A stretch of DNA of 64,000 nucleotides from Podarcis cretensis. Taxonomy: Eukaryota. Numbering within the stretch: the stretch's first letter is position 1; the number at the start of each line of letters is the position of its first letter. Both the position numbers and the translations under genes were made by a program. Of this stretch, positions 45,701 through 57,700 are shown in pieces. The stretch lies in NCBI GenBank assembly GCA_951804945.1, contig OX638158.1:32364001-32428000 (forward strand). Direction: 5' to 3'. The notes below the pieces were generated by a model. The model was given only the letters and a program-made list of their open reading frames with translations. It had not been told where the DNA came from and did no database searches.

Positions 45701-48700
45701 TGTTAAATCTGTAGGAGGAAATACTTGTAAGTACATGTAGCCGTTGGCAAAGTTGCAGCTTTATGACTGCTTCCATTCTTAATGTTTTAATGCCACAACT
45801 TTGCAGCTGCTAACCGAACGTGCTTACAGAGTTTCTATCCAGATTGCTGATTTTTGTTTCCTTAGCTAATTTATTTAGCTAGTCCACATTGCTGATATGA
45901 AAGGTAGAACTGGTTATAAATGATAGTGATGCAAGGAGACTCTGAAGCAAACTCCTCCTGTGGAACCTTTGCAGCCTGATCCTGTGCTTGTTTACTTGGT
46001 GCTGTTGTTCAGGATCAAACTGCATGCCGTGCAGAAAAACATTGCTATCCTATCATCCATTAAGCCTGAGCAAGGCAAGCACATACTCTAACCCAGTTCC
46101 GAATCCAGAAGCCCAGGAAAGGTTCTGTTTGGCACTAAGAGTGAGCAATCCCAGTGGCCATTTCCTCCAAGCAATATAGTCATACCTCGGGTTAAATATG
46201 CTTCAGGTTGAGCGTTTTCAGGTTATGCTGCACGGCGACCCGGCATCATTTGGGTGTCTGACTATAAGACTCGATTTAAAAGTATCCCCAAGCCAAGGAC
46301 CTGATTTATTCAGGAGAGAATTCGTTCACATCCCAAACAAACAAATGTGCATAGTATATATTTTGTTCCTGCGATTACATCTGGTGACCCTTTCATCAGT
46401 CTCCATGGTATCAATGGTCCGTCATATCATTTCACTGTTTTCCTTTCTTTTAATTTATTTTTTTATAGAGATGCTAAAGTTCGTCAGCAACCAAGCTGGA
46501 GAATTTCCAGATCTGTTTTCTGAACAGTTGTGTGGCTCCTTCCAGAGCAACAGTGTATGTAATGGTGGCGGAACCTCAGTTCCCTCGTCACAGAGGCCCT
46601 ACAGCCAGGGGCAGCTACAGACCTTCTCTCCTGGTGCAGCTTCTCCCCAGCTTCAGACCGTGCAAGTGAAGGTGTCTCAGACAACTGCCGCAAAACCTGT
46701 TCCACAGCGGACGGCACCTGCTCTTCAGCCTCGTCCCCAGGTTCAGCCTCAGCTCCAGCAGCAGACTGTGATGATTACTCCAGCTTTCAGCTCTGCTCCC
46801 CAGACCCGGTTCATTCAGCAGCCTGTAATATACCAAAACGCAGCCACAAGTTTTCAAGGTAACTTGCAAAGTCTTTGTAGTAACAAGTAGTCCTACGTTA
46901 TCTTAAATGTCTTGCCCTAATCTTCCAGCAGAGCAAGAGGTATCAGAGCAGCATTTACAGCCACCATTCCTGATTTCATATCTGTGAGAAGTTTCTATTA
47001 ATGTTTGAAATGTTTCTAAATAGGTGCACGTTTTCTAGGATCTCACAGGCAAATTAGAGAAGCTTGGCATTTGGGGTGAAGAAGGGCATCGGAGACCAAG
47101 ACCAGGAGTTGGGGAGTGGCCTTAAATATTGTGCAGTAAAGCATAGGTAGCACTCAAAAGGAACTCTGTGAATGGTATCACTGCAAAGTAATGTACAGTT
47201 ACACAATACGTCATGCACCTTTATCACTCTTAACTCTCCTCAGGTGTTGGAAATAAAGAAAGCTAACATAGGGGGGAGGCAGTAGGGGCAAGTGGGCTAG
47301 CTCCACCATCAGGGCCCCACTCAAATTTCAGGGTTCTAAAATAAGGGGTGGCCTCCATGAGTATAAAAGGCCTCTGTGCCTTTTATAGTCACTTGTGAGT
47401 TGGAGGTTGTCAAACAATGAGGGGGTCAAGGGGGAAGTAGGGCTCTTGTCCCCACTGTTTACTTTCCTAGATTTATAACAACTGAAGAAGGCTTATGAAT
47501 GGTTCCTGTACTCTTCTGTAAGAGCATGACAGTTTCTCATTCTTGTCTGTCTCTCCAGTATCCGAATCTTCCACTTCTGATTGTATAGAATCTACTGTTT
47601 TCTAACCTTTCTTATGATGTGTTGGGTTCAGACTTTACATATGTAGAACTCAGCTTGAGAGATGCTCTGTGGTAATTTTTGCCAGTTCCTCCTTTCCCTT
47701 GCAGACCCTTGTGTCCCATGGAAAGGAGGAACTTTGCCAGTTCCTCCTTTCCCTTGCAGACCCTCGTGTCCCATGGAAATATTCTCTGGAGGGTTGGGGG
47801 ACCCTTGGTACAGCAGAGGATGTTGTACTAAGGGGTATGGGGGGAGGGGAAGTGGCAAATATTGACTCTCCCTTCCTCTCCCTTTCTCAGCAGTAGCCAC
47901 AGAAGGGCATGTCTTGATCTAAGTCTATACTGTATGTTTAAAACATCACAAACTAGAATAGAAAAACTTAAAACTCCTATCAGCTGTAGAAATCTTCAGT
48001 GGGAAAAACTTCAGTAAGACTTCTGTCTAGTCACTGTAACAGAATCATCTTCACTAACTTCTTGAAGACCAACACCCTCAAAAATGCTCTGACTCTTGTG
48101 CCATCCAGCCTTATTTGAGGCAATGCCTGTGCTCTGAGTAGGGGTATGTCTGATCTCCCCAATACATGGGAAGGCTTGTACAAGAGACATTCTCTGAAAC
48201 TGCCCTTAGAAAAAACAACAACTAGGAAACACATGCTAGGAATATGGGAAGCCCCTCTGAGCCATGTGGACTTGCTCATGGCAGCATTGTTGGTTTTTTT
48301 GGGTTTTTTTAAAGGGAGCTGGTCCAGATAAATGTGACTAGAGCTAGACAATCTTTCTTTATCTGTTTTCCTGACTTCAATATTTGCTGCTGGTTTTTAA
48401 ATTCTTCATAGATTGCTTTGCTGGGTCTAATGCTGCTAGGAAGAGGAACCAGGAGAAAACGCCCCCCCCCCCAATAGCTGACTGAACACTGGCCATTCCT
48501 GAGAGGTCATGGATTGCAGCTTAGCATCATAATGAAAGCTGTAGTCTTCTGTCAGCATCAACTCATTCAGGCAGTTTCTCAGATTGCTCTTGTTTTCCTT
48601 TTAGTGCTGCAACCCCAGGTTCAGAGCCTGGTGACTTCCTCGCAAGTTCAACCAGTCACTATCCAGCAGCAAGTGCAAACGATGCAAGCTCAGAGGGTTT

Positions 48701-51700
48701 TGACACAAACAGCCAATGGCACCATCCAGACACTGACCCCGGCCACAGTCCAGGCAGTAGCTGCCCCTCAAGTCCAGCAGGTTCCAGTGAGTAGTTTTAT
48801 GTTGTAATATTATGCGGGAAGGTTTAGTTTTCTGCACTTCCAAGGCATGTATATTTATGCAGGCGGTTTCCTTTCTGTTCAAAGTCAGGAAGTGGCTTCA
48901 CTGCTTGGAGACCAGACTATCCTCAGCAGTGAAGTTCCTTAGGCTTAGATCACTGATGGACTGAATTGTAGGATAGCTTAGCCATAGAAAAATGGACAGC
49001 AGTGGTCCAATATCAGAAGAAGGTTAGTAGAGATTTTGGAGAGGGTTTTTTGTGGCGGGAGGGATAGCAAACTACTAGATGTAGAGCTGTATCTATAGCA
49101 TATTGGGGTTTAATATTTAGTAACGTGCCAGCTGCAGTATTGTTAAATGGAAAGGAAAATAATCAGAGACAATAGAGTATTCCTTGTTGCACTGCTGAAA
49201 GCTTTTAGCAGTTGGTTACAACACGTTTTAGAACTGCCTTCATAACTACAAGGGTTAGAACTTGTTCTTCGTACAGAAGAATCAAATTGTCTTCAATGGC
49301 AGTCAGACTCCATACTGACAGCACAGTTCTTACTATATTCAGGGTCTTCCATACACCCAACAGGTTGGCTCATTGGCAAGTTCTTATTGGCCTTTGGCAT
49401 TTGCAGGAAGGAGCATGGGGTGAACATACATTGAAGCAGTTGTTAGATAGATATTGAAACTTGCATACTGGAACTCCATACAGTCACACAGAAATCTGTT
49501 ATAAAAAAGGTTGCCCAGCTTCTGCAGTGCTTGCAGTATTGAGCTTTGTGTTGTTGTGCTAAACCTTTTAACTGCCTCTTCTCCTTCTAGGTCCTTGTCC
49601 AGCCACAGATAATCAAGACTGATTCTCTTGTCTTAACAACATTGAAAGCTGATGGCAGCCCTGTTATGACTGCTGTTCAGAATCCAGCCCTCACAGCACT
49701 GAGCACGCCTATTCAGACAACAGCCTTGCAGGTACTGTGGGGCATCTTGCCTTCCCTTCCCAAACATGCACCTTCTCCCTCTTGCCAGCCAGTATAGTGT
49801 TTTAAGAATCTGTTAAGTGGGGCAGGCAGAAGGGATCATTTAACAAGTGAGCATCTACAGCCTGCACCAGCTGCAGCTTCTTCAAGAGTAACTCCATGTG
49901 GAGTTCTTTGCTGTAATCAGGTCATGAAGTTATTAGAGTATGGATACTTGAGCTTAGGCTATCCTGGCCCAGTAATGGCTGTTTCTGGAAAACAGGCTGG
50001 AATTGGGCACAGGCTACCCTCACTACTGAGAGCACACTCAGATCACCTGTATCTCTAGTGGCAGCTTCAAATTGAGGAGAACCCCTAAGCGGCATACCAA
50101 TTCCTTCAGGAGAGAGTTCAGTCCCATCCAGAACATGCCTCCCTATTTCCTGGGCTTGGAAAACACCTGTAGTACCTTCAAGCATCTATCCAGCATCTGC
50201 ACAATCTCTTCTGATTCTGCTGGATGGAGAGGTATGAACTGACTCTCGTCGGCATACTGACAGCACTATGTCCCAAATCCCTGGATGACAGCTGCCTGGG
50301 GCTTCCTATAGATAGTGAACAGCATGAGGGACAGAATGGACCAAATCCCAAGGGGCCAAGCAGGAGTCCCCCAGAGCTGATCTCATGTAGCAACTGCAAG
50401 TAGGAGCAGAACCACCGAAACACAGAGGCCCCAGCTCCCAACCCACCGAACAAATTAATCTTTAACTGGGTCACTGTTGTCTTTTTTTAAAAGACTTTAG
50501 TTGGTGGCAATGGTACCATCTTGACCACAATGCCCATGGTGATGGGAGGGCAGGAGAAGATGCCCATCAAGCAGGTGCCTGGTGGTGCCAAGCAACCAGA
50601 ACCACCAAAGGAAGGAGAGAGGCGGACAACCCATAATATAATTGAGAAGCGGTACCGATCATCTATAAATGATAAGATCATAGAATTGAAGGACCTAGTC
50701 ATGGGAACAGATGCAAAGGTATGAGTTGCTTTGTGGCTGAAAGCAAAAAGACTGCTGTGATTTCAAACCCAGTTGACAATATGCTTGCAAGTCATAATTC
50801 TCTCCTCCTTTTTTATTTTCTTTATTTGAAAGTTAGAAAAATACATAATTATATGTGCACTAAACATGGCGAGACATAAATAAAAGAGATAAAAGTGTGG
50901 TATTAATACGCCTAGATTCTCTGCTTCTTACTGAGATTATCAATCTTTGCTCAGTCAATATGGAGTTTTGGTCTCCCATGATAGATGCTAAATGTATTTG
51001 ATTTGAATCCATTTCGTATTCTTCCCTGTGATTGGGAAAATCATTGCGGCTTTAGTGTAGAAGCTTGTGCTGAAAGAGGATTTGGTGGCATTATTGCTAA
51101 ACATAATTGTTCATTCTCTTTAATGTATGCACATCATTTGCAGATGCACAAGTCAGGGGTACTGAGAAAGGCCATTGACTACATTAAGTACCTACAGCAG
51201 GTTAACCATAAGCTGCGTCAAGAGAACATGGTCCTGAAGCTTGCTAATCAGAAAAACAGTAAGTGTTGGGTGGCTCTTTAAGTGCCTTTGACCTCCTACT
51301 TCACTGTTTGATGACGTATATTATTGGCTGCCCAGTTTTGTGTGGGCATGTGAAACAAGGGAAGCAAGGGAAAGCATGAAAGGGAAAGAAAACTGAATTG
51401 TGAATGTGAGTAGTTAATCTTTGCAATCTCTGGTCTTTTCAGAGCTGTTGAAGGGGTTTGACCTAAGCAGTTTGGTGGACAATGATGTGGATCTGAAGAT
51501 GGATGACTTCAACCAAAATGTTCTGTTGATGTCTCCTCCAGCCTCTGACACAGGGTCACAAGCAGGCTTTTCCCCTTATTCTATTGATTCAGAACCAGGA
51601 AGCCCACTGCTGGATGATGCAAAGGTAGTCAACATCCTAAAACATTCTACAGAGGGAAGCGTGCATAAGGGTTGCATGCTACTTGTAGACATGGGTGATG

Positions 51701-54700
51701 TGTGCTGGTTGAGCTGGAGATCATGTGTTTGGCATTAAAGGCTGTAATGAACTATGGTTCTAGAGGAAGATGTGACTCGGAATACAAAGGTTAATCAGTT
51801 CCATGACATTATCATCCCTGGCTAGTTTAGGCTGTCATTGTGTGAAGTCCTGTACTCAAAGCCTAATAATACAATATTTCGTCTCACAGACCTTTTAATA
51901 AAAAAGTTGATGTAACTCTGCTGTCTCCCCTTCTCTTGCCTCTTAACAGGAGTGAGAATAGGAAGAAGAAATGTTGTGCACAATATATAGATATAAATTG
52001 ATTGGCTGCAACAATAACACTAGCTCTCCTTCTGATTCAGCACACTCAGAAACATGTTGAGGCATGATAGCGGAGATTGTTCTTATAGCCATGTTTGAAA
52101 TGCTGTGATAAATTGAGAACATCAGTCAATTCTTATACATTCTCAGTAGGCCGGGAACAATTAATTATCTTCACTGTTTCACAGTTCTCTTGCTCTCTAA
52201 CAAATCATCCTCTACCACTATGGTCTAGGTTAAAGATGAACCTGACTCTCCAGCTGCCGCTCTTGGAATGGTTGACCGCTCACGGATGCTGCTTTGTGCT
52301 CTTACGTTCCTCTGTCTCTCCTTCAACCCTCTAACATCCCTCCTAGAGGGCCAAAGGACAGCTGACTCTGATGGTTCTGTACATCATGGCTCAGGGAGGA
52401 GTATTCTGTCAATAAACTCAGGTACTGTCAGAAATCCAGTCTTTCAGTATACTTCTCCATGCTGCTTGTTTGGTGTTTGGAGTTTTTTAAGGATCACATA
52501 TACAGTAGCTGAACACAGACAGTAGTAGTGACACTGGGGAAAAGGGGTGCTATTTATTTGCTTTATTTTTTTTTTTAATTAAAGGATGTTATTTATTTGT
52601 ATGCCCCCTTTCCATAGTTAAACCATACTCGAGGTTGCTTACATCAAAACATTTACACCATTCATTCATATATCAACACTGGCTACTCCATTGGTTGGAT
52701 ACTGAGAAACCCCTGCACTGTATATTAAAGTAATGATTTGACCCTTGTTAGGATATTCTCTAAAGAATTGTGCAGGGCACTCCTTCGCATGTTTACTGGG
52801 AAGTAAGCTGCATTGTGTTCAGGGAAACTCACTCCTAAGAAAACTTCTATAGGGTTGCAGCCTTCATCTGTTCTGAGTTTTACTAGGTCATTTTAAAACT
52901 CCATCCTCATAGCACTTCTGCAGGACATGGGAGTTATTAAATGGGATTCTTACAAGAATCACATAGTATAGCTACACTGTGAAATAATTTTTATCCATTT
53001 GAGTAAAATTCAGCATTTGTAGAGCCAATACAGATTGTGTTGCATTTTTTGAACATATTATATATATGTAACACACACACAAATCTGTAATCCCAACTTT
53101 AGCAGTGCAGTTTATTTGGGACTCAGAGCCAAATTGCCTGAGCCCCCACCTCCTTATGTGCACAGCTTTTTTACATAATTAAAATTCATTCCAGTCTTGT
53201 TATTTTAAGATGTTACCTCATCTATCTCCCCTCTGGCCCCCCTTCATATCTCTTCTGGCATCTTTCCCTGTAGGCTCTGGTGGCTGGTTTGGCTGGATGA
53301 TGCCCACTCTGATCCTGTGGCTTGTGAACGGTGTTATTGTCCTGAGTGTGTTCATAAAACTCCTAGTACATGGAGAGCCAGTGACTCGACTGCACTCCCG
53401 GTCATCGGTTACTTTCTGGCGGCATCGGAAACAAGCAGATCTGGATTTAGCTAAGGTAGGTCAAGTTCCTGCTTCAGAAAACAATTTTTGTTTCTTTCCC
53501 AGTTTGTCTTCTGGAGCAGTACAGAACAGGCAGCACCTCAAATTGCAGATCAGCTCTCCAGAGAGGCTTGTGCACTTGGGATTGCAAGCATTTGTCCTAC
53601 TTCTGAAACACTTATAGAATCATAGAATCATAGAACTGTAGAGTTGGAAGGGACCCTGAGGATCATCTAGTCCAACCCCCTGCAAGGCAGGAATATGCAG
53701 CTGGTCCATACAGGGATCGAACCTGCAACCTTGGTGTTATCAGCACCATGGTCTAACCAACTGAGCTCTCCAGGCTCATCACTTGTATGGTAAAGGACTC
53801 TGGAGCTCTTTAGTTCTCTACTTTTCTCCTTTCAGAAAGCCCCAATAAAATATTTTTGAATTGCCACCCTCCGCTTTAGCTGTGTAAAGCAATCTTTGTT
53901 TTTGCCATGGGCCTGGGGTAAATTTGAATTTTGCAACTGAATCTAATTGTAAATGTGGCCAGATTGTCACAGATTTGCTTAATATGCCTGAAGGTTTAAG
54001 GTAATATCTCCAGTAAAAGTATTTCAGAACATCAGTTACTATTTCAATCTTTCTTTATATACTGTTAGCATATTTGAATAAGATAGAGAGAAAAGGCAGT
54101 TTGAAAGCTACTGTTGGTTGGTAAAACTGCTTTTTTGTAAACCGCTTAGAGATTTTCTCATCAAGCAGTATTACATAAATAAATGTAGAAATAGATTTAA
54201 GTGGAGATAAATAGAAGAGACCAAAAATGCAGCCTTAGGGTCAAAGATGCTGCATCTTTCAAGGCTAGGCTAAAGGTGATTATGCTTGATTGTGCAAGTT
54301 TCCACATGCCATCTCCAAGAGTCTCTCAAGTCACTGGACTCTCACACGTCTTTGCTGCACCTTCAGCTTTTCTGTTTTTGTTCTGTGCCTGCAGGAAGAT
54401 TTTACTGCTGCTGCATCAAACTTACAGACTTGTCTGTCTGCCCTGGGCCGAGCACTGCCTGCCTCCCGTTTAGACTTGGCCTGCGGCCTGTCCTGGAACG
54501 TTATCCGCTACAGTCTCCAAAAGTTGGGGTTGGTGCGTTGGTTGCTAAAGAGGACATCTCGGCAGAGACGAGCAACAGAAGCCCCTGCAGGTTTTGAGGA
54601 TGAAGCCAAAACTAGTGCGCGTGATGCAGCTCTAGCCTATCATAAGCTCCATCAGCTCCATATCACAGGTAAGTGGAAAAGGGAGAAGGTGGCCGCTTCT

Positions 54701-57700
54701 GTGAGTGTCTAGTGTGATGACCTAGACTTATCTATGTACTTTGTCTGTGTTCAGTAGAACATTTAAAAAACCTAAGTCTGCAGAGAGTGCTTCATTCTAG
54801 CTTGATGATACAAGTAGTGCCGTATTCTTTGGGGGGGGGTGTGTCTTGTTAGATTTATTCTTACCTGAAAATCAATAGTTTAACCAGCTGAGATGATTCA
54901 GGTAGTGAAATGAAGGATGGTCTTCTATTTGGCCTGTATGAAAGAGCGTGATATACATAGCTTGAGATTTGTTTGGTTGATTCCCAAAGTTACAATCTTA
55001 TAAAGCCTTGGTTTATATCTATCTACAATCTTATAAAGATAAGATTGTAGATAGATATAAACCAAGGCTTTGCAAGGCAGGACATTACTGCGTTTTAAGG
55101 TTTGAATGTAACAGAATCTCAGTAGCTCAAAAGGCTTTCCCAGATCAAACCATGTGAGGAATTGTACAGGAAAAGTCTCACATGGCATGAGTTTAAAAAA
55201 GTGATGTATATATGTACCTTCAACTCAGGATAGTACTCGATGCATCTGGTGAAGTAGACTGCAGCCCACAAAATCTTGTGACATAATTAATTTGTTCAGT
55301 GATGCTGAATGTTAGAAGATTCAGGAAGAAAATATTCCAAGCAAATACCCCTTCATACAGCCGTATTTGAGCTTCTGTCTTTGGTGCAAGAGTCTATCTT
55401 GGCTGCCCCTCTGTAAATTATTTTAAAGGAGATGACTCTTTGTCCTCTGGTTTCTGATGTAGGTAAGCTACCATCCAGCTCTGCCTACTCAGGATTGCAC
55501 ATGGCTCTGTGTGCTGTGAATCTGGCTGAATGTGCAGAAGAGAAGATTTCACCAAGCACACTGGCAGAAATTCACCTGACTGCTGCAGTTGGCTTGAAGA
55601 CCCGCTGTGGTGGCAAGCTGGGCTTCCTGGCGGTGAGTAAATCTCTTTCAAGCCTCCCATCAGAATCTAGAACAAGTATGTATTGTGGCATATTTCAACT
55701 GATTACGGTTTTGCATGTGAATGGAAGTGGCTTTTAAGTTGATCTGTATAATTAACTTTACACAGAATTACTATCCTTGAGTCAGAAGCATGCATAGCTT
55801 TCCTTCAGCACCATATCTTACCATGACACTTTTTCTTTCTTACCAGAGTTATTTCTTAAGTCAAGCCCAGAGCTTGTGTAGTTCTGAGCGCAGTGCCATC
55901 CCTGACTCTTTGCGTTGGTTGTGTCACCCATTGGGGCAAAAGTTTTTTGTGGAGCGGAACTGGACAGTGAAAACAGCTGCCAAGGAGAGTCTATATTGCA
56001 CTCAGAGGAACCCAGGTGAGACCCAGCAGGCTTATGAATGCATTGCCCTAAGTCTGCCATCCAAGTTATGGGACAGCATTATGCATGTGTATGCTCACTC
56101 TCTAGTCAATTCTTGCTTGAAAGCTTTTGGTGCTGTAAGAAATTGTGGAACATTGACTGAGCAATCAAATGGACAGTTTCCCAAATGGTGGAGTTCTTTC
56201 TGCAAAGACTTTCTCTGCCCAAACAGATTTTTATTTATTATTTCATTTATATGCCAGCCAGCTCAATGTGGTATTCTCACAGCAACCCTGTGAGGTTTGT
56301 TAAGCTGAGAGTTGGAGACTGGCCTAAGGTCGCCCAGTGAGCTTCATGCCCAAGTGGGGTTTTGATCCCAGGTCCTAGTACAATATTTCAAATCTTGCAT
56401 AACATGGCAAGGGTTTGCACCTGATTGTTTTTGAGGGATACCTGCATATTACTAGGGAAGCAGCCCTGAATCTTTTGTAACTTATTGAGAAAAGGAAATA
56501 AAGCTGATTGTTTTTTCATATGCAGCTGATCCCATTGCACAGGTGCACCAGGCATTCTGTGAGAACCTCCTGGAGAGAGCTGTTGAATCCCTTGTGAAAC
56601 CTCAGGTTCCAAAGGGGGCTGCAGGACATGATGATGAAGAGCCCTGGTAAGCTGCAGTTCTGTCCCTACCCTATTGGCATTTTTTCTCAGGTCGAGTAGC
56701 CAATTCTGACTGACTGCTCTGTCCGTTCCTGTAGCTGAACAGGTGGGATGAAGGGTAGCAGTACAGATTTCATCTATTTGGTTAGGAGCAATGTGGCAGG
56801 GCCAACAGAATAAAATTCCTGACATAATGCAGACACTTGAATCAAATTCATCTGCCATACCTATTGCCTATGTGGCAAAGGGCAGTTTCTCCTAGCAATT
56901 TGTAACTGAATTGCAGATAATGGATTAGTTCAGGTGGAGCATGCAGTTTTAAGGGCAACACTCAAGCTCAACAAGGTTCATCAGTAAATTATTTCTGTTT
57001 TGGAGACAGAAGCACAGAGAAGTGCTTAGTATGCTGCTGGATTGTTGAGAGTTCCATGATAAAAGAAAGTTCCCCAACAGAACTTGAATAATAGCAATTT
57101 GCAGAGCAAGAAGAGAGCTGGTAACCAGGCACTCTTACTAAGAATAGCTGAGTCTCTTGAGCTTTACCGATCAGAAGGTTGGGGGTTTGAATCCCCGCGA
57201 CGGGGTGAGCTTCCGTTGCTCTGTCCCAGCTCCTGCCAACCTAGCAGTTTTGAAAGCACGCCAGTGTAAGTTGATAAACGTAGAAGGTAAATGGTGTTTT
57301 TGTGCGCTCTGGTTTCTGTCACAGTGTTCTGTTGCACCAGAAGCAGTTTAGTCACGCTGGCAACATGACCCAGAAAGCTGTGTGTAGACAAACGCCGGCT
57401 CCTTTGGCCTGCAAGGTAGATGGGCACAGCAACCCCATAGTCACCTTTGACTGGACATACCTGTCCAGAAGTCCTTTACCTTACCTTACTAAGTATACTA
57501 AGTTGCACACGTTAAACTGATGCACTGTAGAAATGTGTTGCATTGTCTTTACTGGTAAAAGTCTGATTTCTGCTTGTGCTTGTAGTGAATTCTCTAATGC
57601 TTTGGAATACCTGAAGTTACTCAATTCTTTTGTGGACTCTTTGGGAATTGGAACACCACCTTTCACTGGAAATTCTGTGTTGAGGTCTGCACTGGGTAAG

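Noticed and set aside
53690-53767. tRNA-like sequences here and at ~9170, ~28320 and ~43010
   Set aside because: These are SINE heads fused to LINE-derived tails; no complete cloverleaf.
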